From NCBI GenBank assembly GCA_017303955.1, contig JAFLBC010000021.1, positions 15,810 to 79,809 of the forward strand: a DNA stretch of 64,000 nucleotides, in the 5' to 3' direction. Within the stretch, counting starts at the first letter, position 1; each line of letters starts with the position of its first letter. Both the position numbers and the translations under genes were made by a program. A model generated the notes under the pieces. The model was given only the letters and a program-made list of their open reading frames with translations. It ran no database searches and was not told the origin of the DNA. Shown here in pieces: positions 37,843-48,501 of this stretch. The DNA comes from Acidobacteriota bacterium. GTDB taxonomy: Bacteria > Acidobacteriota > Blastocatellia > Chloracidobacteriales > JADJPF01.

Positions 37843-40800
37843 ATGGGGCAAGCTAATAACGCTACTTTAGCTGCTGATACACTTATAGCTGATAAATATA
37901 GAGTTATTGAGCTTATTGGTTATGGTGGTGTAGGAGAAGTCTACTTAGCGAAAGATGAAAAAATACAACGACTTGCAGCTATAAAATTGCTTTTTAAGGA
38001 ACTTAATAACGATATTGATCATAAATCTCGATTTCTTCGAGAAGCTCGGACAATTTCCTCTCTAAATCATCCTAACATTATTACCGTCTATGAAATAGGT
38101 TTTTTTGATGATCAATTATTTATTGCTACAGAATATGTTGAAGGTCAAACACTACGCCAAATTGTAGAGAAAAAAGGGAGTTTTAAGCTAAAAGATTTTT
38201 TTAGTATTGCAATCCAATCAATCCAAGGCTTAATGATTGCCCATCAAAATGGTATTGTTCATCGAGACTTAAAATTAGAGAATTTTATTTTGCGCTCAGA
38301 TGGATTAGTAAAAATTCTAGATTTTGGCCTAGCAAAAGTTTCTGACAATTGCTCAAATACGGTTTTAAGAAGCGGTGCAGGCTTTAAGACTGATGCAGGT
38401 GTGATTTTAGGAACGCCTAATTATATGTCTCCAGAACAAGCCAAGGGGGAAGATGTAGATATAAGATCAGATATATTTTCTTTAGGATCAGTATTTTATG
38501 AGTTGTTAACAGGTAAAGTTGCTTTTGATGGCAATAGCCTAGTGCAAACCTTAATGAATTTAGCTGTATCACAGCCTCCACCAATGCCAGCAACTGTTCC
38601 TAGTAAGCTTAAAGCAGTAATAATGAGAATGCTGCAAAAATCACCAGCAGCACGCTATCAAACAATAGAACAAGTTTTAACAGAATTAGCAAATTTATAT
38701 GATGAGCTTAATTTAGCTAATAATCTTACTAATTATGTAACAACAGCCAATAAAATACCTACAGGAGTTTATAAAAAAGTTGGTACTGCTGCTTTAACCC
38801 CAACTACACCACAATATGATCAATTTGTTGGACGTATAGAAGAACTCCAACTAATACAAACTCAAATCTTACAAATGGGTCAACAATCAGCCCATCCAAT
38901 AATAATTTTATCTAATAGTGGTGCAGGCAAGACGTTTTTATTAAGTAAGTTACAGGAAATTATTAGTCAACAAGATCTATTAGTTACATTAGTTAATCTT
39001 TTTGATCAGGATAATTTTACTCAACCTTATCAATGGATTTTACCGATGCTTGCTAATTTACTAGGCTTTCGCTTTGAAGATTCTTTAATGGATAAAAGCG
39101 GAGCATTAGCACAACGTGTTAACGCTAGAATAAAAGCTCGTTATGGTTTAACTTTGCCAACAGAAATATGGAGTCAGAATTTAGAAACAAAACATGAAAG
39201 TGAAAAATGGCCTGTTTTTGAAGTTATTAATCAAATCCTTCAAGCTCTAGTTAAAGATAAAAAACTTCTTATCCTATTTGATAACTTACATTTAGCTAAT
39301 GAGTTAAGCCTAGAGTTGATAGGTTATACAATTAGAAATAACAGTAATAAAAAAATATTTTTAGTTGCTACTACGAATTTATCAGAAATAAATCGATCAG
39401 GTAGTTTTCTTGAAGACTGGTTTTTTAGACAAAGTAAATATGTGAAGTTTGAAATTGTTGACTTAAAATCTTTTACTTTAGAAGAAACAAAAATTTATTT
39501 TGAAGCTTTATTTCGTCAGATAGAAATTTCCGAGCGAGAGCTAAACTATATTTATCAAATTACTAATGGTAATCCTTATTACTTAAGCGAAGTTGTTCGT
39601 TTATTGGTGCAGGAAGGAAAAATACATTTAGTTGGTAGTTGGTGGCATTGCGAAGCTTTAGAAAATATTGCATTACCTAACACTATTGGAACAGCTTTAC
39701 TTTATAAAATAGAGAAATGTGACGAAGAGTTAAAAGAATTAATTACTAAAGTTTCCATATTAGGTAATAATTTTAGCTTTGATTTGCTTACAGAATTTTT
39801 AGAATTTGAGCCAGAAAAGCTAGAACCGTTATTAGTAGAAGCAGAAAAAGAGCATTTTATTTATGAGCAACGAAGCTCAAAAATAGATGAATATTGTTTT
39901 CAAAGCTCTGCTCTTCAACAAGTTTTGTATGATTCTCTTAGTAAACGTCAAAGGAGAAAGCTACACTCACAAGCAGCCCTAGCGATAAAGAAGATATTTC
40001 AAAATAATTTAAGGCAAGTTTTAAGCACACTTACTTTTCATCATTATGCTGCAACGGAATGGCAAGAAACTTTTTATTTTGGACAACAAGCAATAATACA
40101 ATCTTTTGAACAATCTGCTTGGGGTGAAGTTGTAAAACTTGGTCAATTGGTTGAAGAAGCAGCCACAATTTTACAAGAAAATCAAGAAATTAATTTGGCT
40201 GATTTAGCTTTACTAGTAGATATAAAAAATAAACATGCTAGCGCGTTAGTAAATTTAGGTAAATTAGAGCTAGCATTGACCATAGCTCAAAGCGCGCTTC
40301 AACTAGCAGAGAAATTACAAGATAATAATCTTCTGGCTCAAAGCTATGGAAATCTTTCACATTTTGGTTGGTATCAAGGGCGTTTCAAAGATGTAATCAT
40401 TTGGGCAGAAAAAGGGTTATCTATTGCTCAAATAGCACAAAATAAATTTTGGCAACAACAGCTAAACTTGCAAACAGGCCGGGCTAAATTGCGAGTTGCT
40501 CATTACAAAGAAGCTCTATTTAATTTAACAGAAGCTTGTCGGCTAGCTGAACAACTCCAAGAAGAAAAGCTACTTGCTCATGCTCAGGTTTTTCAAGGTC
40601 TTTGTTTACAGCTTTTAGGTGAGCGTCAAAAGGGTTTTGAATTAGTTGAGAAGGGCATGGCATTAGCTAACAAATTAGGGGATTCACTCTTTTTATGCCG
40701 AGCTTATTCTATGCTTTCGGTTATGTATTTTTATGAATACAATACAGATTCTCTTAAAGATATTCATAAAAAAGGAGTTGCCCTATCTCGTCAAATTGGT

Positions 40801-41388
40801 TGGAGGCTTGGAGAGGTTTACCAGCATGTTTATTTAGGAAATGCTTATCTTTTTGAAATTAGTTTTGATATAGATCAGGCATCAAACCTTTTACAACATG
40901 CTTTAGCTCTTGCTTTAGAAATAGGGGACAAAGCTACTACACTTGTGATTAAACGAGGAATAGCCAAAATAGCTGCTTTAGAAGGAGATTATCATTTAGC
41001 TACCAATCAATTAAAACAATTTGTGGCAGTGCTAAAAAGTTTTGGTGAATTGCCAGAACAAATGTTAACCCTAGAAGTACTAGCTCAAATTCAAGAATCA
41101 GCCGGAGAAAATGCAGTTGCTTATGATACTTATAATAATGCCCTAGAAATAGCTCAAAATATTGGAGCTATACATCAGCAATGGAGTATTTTACTTGGTA
41201 AAGCTCGCTGTTTGTTTAAGTTAGAAAAATTTGAGGAAGCTTTAGAGACTTTAAAATTATCAGAAAAAATAGTGAAAATTTTGTTAGAAGGTTTTACTAA
41301 TGACGAAGATTCAAAATGCTTAACTAAAGCAACTCAAAGTGTGTATCAGCTTTTAAGGCAGATTCAACTTCAAAGCTCTACAAATTAA
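37843..41388 (+). CDS. Ser/Thr protein kinase fused to AAA-like NTPase and TPR-repeat regions (STAND-like)
   Basis: Hanks kinase motifs: GYGGVGEVY, AIK, HRDLKLENF, DFGLA, TPNYMSPE. A P-loop-like SNSGAGKTF region follows at about aa 355. Long helical TPR-like repeats occupy the C-terminal 500 aa. Confidence 0.8.
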   Translation: MGQANNATLAADTLIADKYRVIELIGYGGVGEVYLAKDEKIQRLAAIKLLFKELNNDIDHKSRFLREARTISSLNHPNIITVYEIGFFDDQLFIATEYVEGQTLRQIVEKKGSFKLKDFFSIAIQSIQGLMIAHQNGIVHRDLKLENFILRSDGLVKILDFGLAKVSDNCSNTVLRSGAGFKTDAGVILGTPNYMSPEQAKGEDVDIRSDIFSLGSVFYELLTGKVAFDGNSLVQTLMNLAVSQPPPMPATVPSKLKAVIMRMLQKSPAARYQTIEQVLTELANLYDELNLANNLTNYVTTANKIPTGVYKKVGTAALTPTTPQYDQFVGRIEELQLIQTQILQMGQQSAHPIIILSNSGAGKTFLLSKLQEIISQQDLLVTLVNLFDQDNFTQPYQWILPMLANLLGFRFEDSLMDKSGALAQRVNARIKARYGLTLPTEIWSQNLETKHESEKWPVFEVINQILQALVKDKKLLILFDNLHLANELSLELIGYTIRNNSNKKIFLVATTNLSEINRSGSFLEDWFFRQSKYVKFEIVDLKSFTLEETKIYFEALFRQIEISERELNYIYQITNGNPYYLSEVVRLLVQEGKIHLVGSWWHCEALENIALPNTIGTALLYKIEKCDEELKELITKVSILGNNFSFDLLTEFLEFEPEKLEPLLVEAEKEHFIYEQRSSKIDEYCFQSSALQQVLYDSLSKRQRRKLHSQAALAIKKIFQNNLRQVLSTLTFHHYAATEWQETFYFGQQAIIQSFEQSAWGEVVKLGQLVEEAATILQENQEINLADLALLVDIKNKHASALVNLGKLELALTIAQSALQLAEKLQDNNLLAQSYGNLSHFGWYQGRFKDVIIWAEKGLSIAQIAQNKFWQQQLNLQTGRAKLRVAHYKEALFNLTEACRLAEQLQEEKLLAHAQVFQGLCLQLLGERQKGFELVEKGMALANKLGDSLFLCRAYSMLSVMYFYEYNTDSLKDIHKKGVALSRQIGWRLGEVYQHVYLGNAYLFEISFDIDQASNLLQHALALALEIGDKATTLVIKRGIAKIAALEGDYHLATNQLKQFVAVLKSFGELPEQMLTLEVLAQIQESAGENAVAYDTYNNALEIAQNIGAIHQQWSILLGKARCLFKLEKFEEALETLKLSEKIVKILLEGFTNDEDSKCLTKATQSVYQLLRQIQLQSSTN

Positions 41389-41792
41389 AATGTTTCTGAG
41401 AGAATAAACTGTACCAAACGATTAGTAGCGTCTAAAGCTGCTTGTGCAATTCCTCTGTGCATCATAGGTTCTTCACATTGACAAGCCCCTGTTAACTCAT
41501 ATTTACTGCGTCCATATGCTAAATCAGCAATTACTACTAACAATGGTGTATCAAGAAATTGAGGATTTAGCTTAATTGCATTTCGTAGAGTAAACTCAAC
41601 TGAGACAGGTAAGGCTTCTTGAACTGCTTTTAAGGTGGCTGTTGCAACAGTGGCTAGAGAGTCTTCATTTGCTTCAGCTAAGTGTTTAGCCGTAATACGT
41701 TGCCCTTTTAAGGATAATACTACGGAAGCTTCTTTAGGTGTATTAGAATCACCTATTATTAGATTTACATCAATTAAAATTAAACGTGCCAT
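41385..41792 (-). CDS. Hypothetical protein
   Basis: ORF overlaps the kinase stop by 4 nt on the opposite strand. No confident domain assignment. Start taken at MARLILID; the ORF opens at 41837. Confidence 0.35.
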   Translation of the reverse strand: MARLILIDVNLIIGDSNTPKEASVVLSLKGQRITAKHLAEANEDSLATVATATLKAVQEALPVSVEFTLRNAIKLNPQFLDTPLLVVIADLAYGRSKYELTGACQCEEPMMHRGIAQAALDATNRLVQFILSETF

Positions 41793-42031
41793 TTTTTTAG
41801 TAGAATTATGGGGTTTGGATAACTGGTTTTGTGGCATAACATTATATGTAGCAAAAAGAGTTTTGGCTAGCTAGCTTGGAAATTTATTGGATTTAACCAA
41901 ATTAAAGAAATAAAGTTTTTGTTTAAATTTGAAGGTTAATTAAGATAAAAATACTTTTTGCCACTTTATAGAAGTTTGATAAGATCTAAAGGTATGTTAA
42001 TAGTAAAAATCTTAGGGAGAAATCATTATAA

Positions 42032-42547
42032 ATGACTACAAATTATCCAAAACCTTCTGTTACAGTAGACACAATTATTTTTGCTTTACACCAACAAGAT
42101 ATAAAAATTTTGCTAATAAAGCGTAAATATCCGCCTTTTGCTAATAAATGGGCAATTCCTGGAGGGTTTGTAGATGTAAATGAAGCTTTACCTTTAGCCG
42201 CAGCTAGAGAATTAGAGGAAGAAACAGGGCTAAAGGGTGTTGAATTAAAACAATTTTATAGTTTTGGTGATCCTGGACGTGATCCAAGAGGTCATACAGT
42301 AACTGTTGCCTATCATACTTTTTTAGCTGATCTTCCAACAGAAGTAACCGGAGCAGATGATGCAGATAAAGCAGAATGGTTTTCTATTAAATCTTTGCCG
42401 GAAATGGCTTTTGACCATAAAGAAGTATTGGATTTAGCTATAAATGATTTGAAAAATAGAGTAGAAATAACTTTGAGGCTATCAGATTTTTTTAGTGGTG
42501 AGTTAAAAATATCTGATTTGAGAAGCATTAATGGAATATTTAAATAG
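42032..42547 (+). CDS. NUDIX hydrolase
   Basis: Nudix box GGFVDVNEALPLAAARELEEETGL (GX5EX7REUXEEXGU). Confidence 0.85.
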   Translation: MTTNYPKPSVTVDTIIFALHQQDIKILLIKRKYPPFANKWAIPGGFVDVNEALPLAAARELEEETGLKGVELKQFYSFGDPGRDPRGHTVTVAYHTFLADLPTEVTGADDADKAEWFSIKSLPEMAFDHKEVLDLAINDLKNRVEITLRLSDFFSGELKISDLRSINGIFK

Positions 42548-42560
42548 ATAAAATTTTATT

Positions 42561-42590
42561 AAAATAGCCTCTTCCAAAAGAGGCTATTTT
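42561..42590. terminator. Bidirectional terminator between NUDIX and kinase genes
   Basis: aaaatagcctctt-ccaaa-agaggctatttt perfect hairpin with A/T runs on both sides. Confidence 0.7.
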
Positions 42591-42596
42591 AAGGTT

Positions 42597-43679
42597 TTAA
42601 CGAGCGAAGACCAAACTAAGTAATCTTTGCCAAAAACTTTTCTTTTGCTCAGGAGGAGGTGGAGGAGGTTTTTCTTGTTTTGGCTCTTCTTTAATAGGAA
42701 TTTGCTTAATTTCTGGAACTTCTGCTGGAGCATTAGACAAAGCTTCTTCCAATTCCTGGGCTAAAACAGCAGCGGATTGTTGTCGATCTTTAGCTTGCTT
42801 AGATAAGGATCGCAAAACAGATTGTTCTAATCTAATAGGGATTTCCGGCTTTATTTCACGAGGGGGTTTAGGTTTTGCCTGAATATGTTGCATTAGCAAC
42901 ATTGCTGAGGTTTTACCAGTAAAAGGAACATTACCAGTAAGCATTTGATAGAGTATTATCCCCATACTATAAATATCAGAACGGTTATCCAATTCTAGAC
43001 CTTGAGCTTGTTCAGGTGAAATATACTGAGGTGTCCCTACCACAACACCAGCACTAGTAAGATTAGGGTCTTTGCCACTTTCTTTCATTTTAGCAATAGA
43101 AAAATCTATTACTTTTACTTTTTCTGTGTCTTTACCATAATCAAGGATCAAAATATTATCGGGTTTAAGGTCTCTATGGATAATAGATTTTTGGTGAGCA
43201 ACATCAACTGCTAAACAAACTTGGCGCATTATTTTTACTGCGCGGCTGCTTTCAATAGTAGTTTCTCTTTTTAAGACTTCTTGTAAGCTTATACCATTAA
43301 TTAACTCCATAACTAGGTACAAGACATTATCTGATGTTACGCCAAAGTCCATTATAGAAATAGCATTTGGATGATTAACTGTGCGGGCAGAACGGGCTTC
43401 ACGTCGAAAACGTTCTACAGCAGTGCTATCAGTAACTAAATGTGGATGGAGAATTTTGACTGCTACGGGCAGTCCCATATGTAGATGTTTGGCTTCATAA
43501 ACATTACCCATACCACCTTTACCAATTAATCTTTCAACTTGGTATTTGGCATCTAAAACCAAACCAACAAACTTATCTGGAGATTCTTCATCATCAACTA
43601 ACCTTTTGCCATCATTTGGACAAAAGACCGCTGTTTCTGCAAAAAGCTGACTGCAGGCTGGGCATTTTTTCTTGGCCAT
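42597..43679 (-). CDS. Ser/Thr protein kinase with N-terminal zinc ribbon and Pro-rich tail
   Basis: N-terminus CPACSQLFAETAVFCPNDGKRL. Kinase motifs GKGGMGNVY, AVK, HRDLKPDNIL, DFSIA, GTPQYISPE. C-terminal PPPPPPEQKK. Confidence 0.85.
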   Translation of the reverse strand: MAKKKCPACSQLFAETAVFCPNDGKRLVDDEESPDKFVGLVLDAKYQVERLIGKGGMGNVYEAKHLHMGLPVAVKILHPHLVTDSTAVERFRREARSARTVNHPNAISIMDFGVTSDNVLYLVMELINGISLQEVLKRETTIESSRAVKIMRQVCLAVDVAHQKSIIHRDLKPDNILILDYGKDTEKVKVIDFSIAKMKESGKDPNLTSAGVVVGTPQYISPEQAQGLELDNRSDIYSMGIILYQMLTGNVPFTGKTSAMLLMQHIQAKPKPPREIKPEIPIRLEQSVLRSLSKQAKDRQQSAAVLAQELEEALSNAPAEVPEIKQIPIKEEPKQEKPPPPPPEQKKSFWQRLLSLVFAR

Positions 43680-43893
43680 TATCTGTTCCTGTTTTTTATT
43701 AATATATTATTATTTAATACTAAGATTTTAATAAGCCCTATATAAGTTACGACTTTCTTAGCCAAGAATCAAGAAAATCCTGAATATAATTTAGTAAAAG
43801 AAGCTAATATGATGTTTTATTGATGTAATAATTCAGGAGTTTAGCATAGTAACCCGCTAAAAATTAATAAAAATTAACGGGTTACTAACAAGA

Positions 43894-45081
43894 TTAGATG
43901 TTACCAATAGCGATCTGCATTTTTAAAGCACTTTGTCTTGTAAGATAAAATTTAGTTGTTCCATCTCTTCCACTTAAATTAAGAACTAAACCACCATCTT
44001 TTCCAGTTGAAATTGTGACACTAGTTCCATATTGACCGCCAAAACTACCAACAGATGTTTGTACAGCAGTAAGAGTAGGTTGACTATCAGTTCCTTTACT
44101 TAAAAGTTTTTCTAGATCTTTTAGACCATTGTATGTAGTAATAAAGGTAATTTCTTTGTTTTCTTGTTTTATGCTGATGCGATAAGAGGTTCCTATTACT
44201 TTGTTAACAGCTTTATAAAGCTCTAATTTTTGGCTTTGGTCAAAGGCAGAAAAAAATACTGAACGAGTAACATCATAAACTTGCTTAATGTCTTCATCTG
44301 GATCATTATTTTTTATTGTTGTGTTATTTGATGTTGCAGGGCGGGTATTAGGATTTGTTTTTCTTAAATCATCCATGCTCATAGCAGCAGGGGGACGGTT
44401 ATTTGAATTGTTGGATGTGTTGCTAGTAGGACGATTAGTAGCTAAATCATTAAGGTTTACACCTGGGCCTTGTAATATTGGAGTAGAGGGACGAATATAA
44501 ATTAAGTTTAAGCTTGGTTCTGGTTCTTGAAAGCTTTTTCCTTCAGCTTCAGCTATTTCTATTGGAGACTTCTCAGAGTTGGCCCAAATACCTACTTTTT
44601 GTTTACGAGCTTGTGCTTCAGCAGATTTAAGTGCGCCATCAATTTGTAGGTCTTCTTTTGCTGGTGTATAAAATCCAACTCCTAGTTTTAGAAGTTCTGT
44701 GTTTGCAATATCTTTTTCTATTCCACGTGAAAAAGTAACATAAATAAGTGCGCGACCAAATTGATCTCTATGGCCTAAACTTCCATAAGCACGATCAAAA
44801 GATATTTCTATTTTTTTACCTAAAAGCAAATCTTCCGTTAAAGCACGTGCTTGATCTCCAAATGGTTGTCCTTCTTTTTTACCATGTTTAGCTTGTGGGG
44901 AGGTTATTCCTATTAATTTGGCTACTTCACCATTATCTAATACTAAAGTGTCAGCATCTTGAACACTTATAACAACACGATTTTTCCAAGGGTCAATTTG
45001 AGCAAGTAATAAAATAGGGAAAAATAACATTGTCAAAGTTGCTAACCAAAAATTCTTGAGCATAAGCAAATCTCCAAACAC
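43894..45081 (-). CDS. Secreted/membrane-anchored thermonuclease (SNase-like) domain protein
   Basis: N-terminal TM segment. SNase-like core (...VISVQDADTLVLDNGEVAKLIGITSPQ...RAYGSLGHRDQFGRALIYV...). N/S/T-rich linker, then a C-terminal domain of unknown function. Confidence 0.6.
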   Translation of the reverse strand: MFGDLLMLKNFWLATLTMLFFPILLLAQIDPWKNRVVISVQDADTLVLDNGEVAKLIGITSPQAKHGKKEGQPFGDQARALTEDLLLGKKIEISFDRAYGSLGHRDQFGRALIYVTFSRGIEKDIANTELLKLGVGFYTPAKEDLQIDGALKSAEAQARKQKVGIWANSEKSPIEIAEAEGKSFQEPEPSLNLIYIRPSTPILQGPGVNLNDLATNRPTSNTSNNSNNRPPAAMSMDDLRKTNPNTRPATSNNTTIKNNDPDEDIKQVYDVTRSVFFSAFDQSQKLELYKAVNKVIGTSYRISIKQENKEITFITTYNGLKDLEKLLSKGTDSQPTLTAVQTSVGSFGGQYGTSVTISTGKDGGLVLNLSGRDGTTKFYLTRQSALKMQIAIGNI

Positions 45082-45189
45082 ATCAAATTACTAAAAATTT
45101 TATTGTTTTCTTATTATGCTTATAAATGATTTTCTTTGCAATTGTAGATATAAATTCATTTCTTTTAACAATTACCTAGCACTTTTCAT

Positions 45190-46731
45190 TTAGTGAGAGG
45201 TATTGACTTTTTCTTGTTCAAGCAAAGAAATTTCCTTAAATTCATTTGATTGACTGCTTGGAATTAATAAAGCTGTTAAGAGTCCAAGTAGAGAAAGAAA
45301 AAAACAAATTGTAAATATTGAGTGTAAAGAATTTGATAGTCCTTGAGCAAATATATTTATTGATTCAAAACTTAAATTAAGACGAGTTGAAGAATCAAAA
45401 ATTATACTAGGATTATCAACTATTTGTGTAAGTTCTTGTCTTATTTGAGAGTTAGAAGCTTGTGTAGTTATTTTTGCTAAACTAAAAGCTAGCATACTTC
45501 CTAGTATACCTGTACCTAATACACCTCCAATATTGCGGAAAAATTGAGTTGAAGAAGTAACTACACCTAGTAGTTTATGCTCTACCTGGTTTTGTACAGC
45601 CATCAATATAGCAAAAGTAGCAAAACCCATGCCTATACCAATTGTTGCTATACTTAGGTAAATATAATATTTATTGCTATTAGGGTTTATAGATAAAATA
45701 AGAAGAAAGTTTCCTAAAACTAGAGCTATCATTCCTAATATTACTAAAGGACGATAGCCAAAGCGTAAGATTAATTTACTGCTTATAAAAGAACTAAAAA
45801 TCCAGCTAAATAATAGAAACATAATAGTTTTACCAGCTTCTGTTGCCGTGGATTTTAGAACAGATTGCATAAAAAGTGGTACAAATGACAATGTTCCAAA
45901 AAGTACACATCCTAATAAAAAGTTTCCTACACTACTAATTAGAAAGATTCGTTCTTGAAATAAACTAAGCGGTAATATTGGTTCAACAGCTTGTTTTTCA
46001 AAATAGATAAAGGCAAACAATAGAAGTAAACAAATTAGTAATAAACTTATTGTTATTAAAGAAGAGGAAATTTCTTTTGATTCTAAACAAACTATTAATA
46101 ACAGAGAAATTAAAGCTGTTAATGAAATGGCTCCAGCATAATCAATTTTAGGTTTAGTTGTAGCAATAGGTAAGTTCTTCATACTAAAACTAATAACCAA
46201 AGTGGCTAACAAGCCAAAAGGGATATTTATATAAAAAACCCAACGCCAAGAAAAATTATCACTAATAAAACCACCTAAAACCGGCCCAAGTATAGAGGCA
46301 ATACCCCAAACACTACTAAATAAGCCTTGCATTTTAGCTCTTTGCTGTATGGTGTAGATTTCTCCAATAATTGTTAATCCCAAAGGAATAATTGCTCCAG
46401 CCCCAAGACCTTGTAAGGCACGAAAAATGATCAATTGATTCATAGATTGGGAAAGCCCAGAAAGTGCTGAACCAATTAAAAATATACTAATACCTAATAG
46501 ATAAGCAGAACGTCTTCCATAAAGATCAGAAAGTTTGCCCCAAATCGGCATGCTAACAGTAGAAGTAAGTAGATAAATAGAAAAGACCCAGCTATATCTA
46601 GCCAATCCACCCAGACTTGCTATTACTGTGGGCATTGCTGTTGAAACAACAGTTGATTCCATTGCCGCAAGTAACATTCCTGTTAATACTGCAATAGTAA
46701 TCCATAAACGTTGTTGTCTAGATAGTTGCAT
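45190..46731 (-). CDS. MFS transporter, DHA2-like (14 TM)
   Basis: 14 predicted helices. MFS motif GKLSDLYGRR between TM2 and TM3. Confidence 0.8.
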   Translation of the reverse strand: MQLSRQQRLWITIAVLTGMLLAAMESTVVSTAMPTVIASLGGLARYSWVFSIYLLTSTVSMPIWGKLSDLYGRRSAYLLGISIFLIGSALSGLSQSMNQLIIFRALQGLGAGAIIPLGLTIIGEIYTIQQRAKMQGLFSSVWGIASILGPVLGGFISDNFSWRWVFYINIPFGLLATLVISFSMKNLPIATTKPKIDYAGAISLTALISLLLIVCLESKEISSSLITISLLLICLLLLFAFIYFEKQAVEPILPLSLFQERIFLISSVGNFLLGCVLFGTLSFVPLFMQSVLKSTATEAGKTIMFLLFSWIFSSFISSKLILRFGYRPLVILGMIALVLGNFLLILSINPNSNKYYIYLSIATIGIGMGFATFAILMAVQNQVEHKLLGVVTSSTQFFRNIGGVLGTGILGSMLAFSLAKITTQASNSQIRQELTQIVDNPSIIFDSSTRLNLSFESINIFAQGLSNSLHSIFTICFFLSLLGLLTALLIPSSQSNEFKEISLLEQEKVNTSH

Positions 46732-47357
46732 AAAGTGTTTTTCCTAGTTTGACAAATTAAAAAAATACAAAACATAATAAGTAACAAAAATGAATCTACG
46801 CAATAGATCTAAACATAGTTGAACTATTTGCCAAAAGTAGTGACAATAACAAAAAACTTGCGCTACTATAACTAAAAATATTTAGTTATATCAGAAATTA
46901 CTTAAAGTAATCTAAAGAATTAAACATATAAATAAGCTATAGTTTTTTATTGCTAAGGACAATAAGTTTTAGAGGTGATGATGTCATCAGAAGCAAAAAG
47001 CATTTTTTGTGAACATATTAGGGTAGGCGATAAACCTTTGTTTGAAGATGATGATCCAACAATAGATAGTTCACAAGTGGAAACAGCACCTGCTTTTCAA
47101 TGTGGATTAAGTGTGCAGCCCTGTCGCTATGCAACACGTAAAAATCAATGCCCCACTTATCAAAATTATTTAGTAAAACTTTCCTCTATAAATTAGTTAA
47201 GTAAAAAGTTAAGATTATTAAAAATCTTAATTTTCTGTTAAAAGTGCTTTTATAATAAACTATTGATTTGTTAGTTATTTGGAAACAAAGAAAATATTTA
47301 GACATTTAGATAATCATATTTTTGTTTTATAAAAGATTTTATATATTTAAGGATGTT

Positions 47358-48482
47358 ATGGGTACAATACTTGTTATTGATGATGATAAATTTATTACAG
47401 AAATAATAGCTAGATTTTTAAATAAGCATAATCATGAAGTATTAAAAGTACATAAAGGTAAAGAGGGTATCAAAATAGCTATAGATACATTACCAGATGT
47501 TATTTTACTAGATCAAGTAATGCCAGATATTGAAGGCACTGCTGTTTGTGAGACCTTAAAAAATGATGAAAGAACAAAAGATATCCCAATAGTTTTTGTT
47601 ACTTCTAAGGTTGAGTTAGATGATCAAGTACAAGCCTTAAGACTAGGAGCGCATGACTATATTTGTAAACCTATTGAGCCAAAAGAGTTAATTGCTCGTG
47701 TTGAGGCTGCTTTAAGGATCAAATATCTTCAAGATCAATTAAAAGATAAGTTACGCATTAGCCAAGAATTAGAAGAAACTCGCCAACATTTACTTGAACA
47801 ATATATGAATTCTATGTTTGGGCAACTAGCAGAAAGTCTAATGCATGAATTAAATAATCCTTTAATGGCCGTTATTGGACTAGCAGAGCTAGTAAAAGGA
47901 CGTGGTTTATCTAGAGACAATCAATTGTTATCCCATATGGAAATGATTAGAGATATGGGATTAAGGGCTAGTGCTAAACTAAATAGTCTACTCTGTATTG
48001 CTAAAGATGAAGGTAGTAGTATAAGTATTGATGTTAATAAAATTGTTAAAGATGTTGTTGAATTAGTAAATGCACATCTTTTAATTGCAGGTGTAGAGTT
48101 AAACTTAATTTTGCAAGATAACATAAAGGAAATTAAAGGAAATCAAAGTCAAATTGCTAGAGCCATACTAGCCTTAATAAATAATGCTATTGAAGCTACA
48201 GAAAAAAGTTCAGATATTAGCAATAAAAAAATTGCTGTTCATACATCACAACTACCAACAGGAGAAGTTAGTATAAAAGTCTATAATTTTACAGGACATA
48301 TTTCTGAAGATATAAAAGAAAAACTGTTCCAACCCTTTTTTACTACCAAAAAGAGTAATTATCATGCAGGTTTAGGATTATATTTTGTCCAAAATATAGC
48401 TAAAGACCATAAAGGTCATATTAATTGGGAAAGTACATTAGAAAATACTTGGTTTGAGGTAGTTTTACCAGTTAATCTATAG
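47358..48482 (+). CDS. Hybrid response-regulator receiver / histidine kinase
   Basis: REC domain (ILVIDDD...phospho-acceptor D in LDQVMPDIEG...KP). HisKA H-box ESLMHELNNPL. HATPase_c N, G1 and G2 boxes (LINNAIEAT, ...GLGLYFV...). Start taken at MGTILVIDDD; the ORF opens at 47322. Confidence 0.8.
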   Translation: MGTILVIDDDKFITEIIARFLNKHNHEVLKVHKGKEGIKIAIDTLPDVILLDQVMPDIEGTAVCETLKNDERTKDIPIVFVTSKVELDDQVQALRLGAHDYICKPIEPKELIARVEAALRIKYLQDQLKDKLRISQELEETRQHLLEQYMNSMFGQLAESLMHELNNPLMAVIGLAELVKGRGLSRDNQLLSHMEMIRDMGLRASAKLNSLLCIAKDEGSSISIDVNKIVKDVVELVNAHLLIAGVELNLILQDNIKEIKGNQSQIARAILALINNAIEATEKSSDISNKKIAVHTSQLPTGEVSIKVYNFTGHISEDIKEKLFQPFFTTKKSNYHAGLGLYFVQNIAKDHKGHINWESTLENTWFEVVLPVNL

Positions 48483-48501
48483 ACTCACGTTTTTATTTAG
48501 G

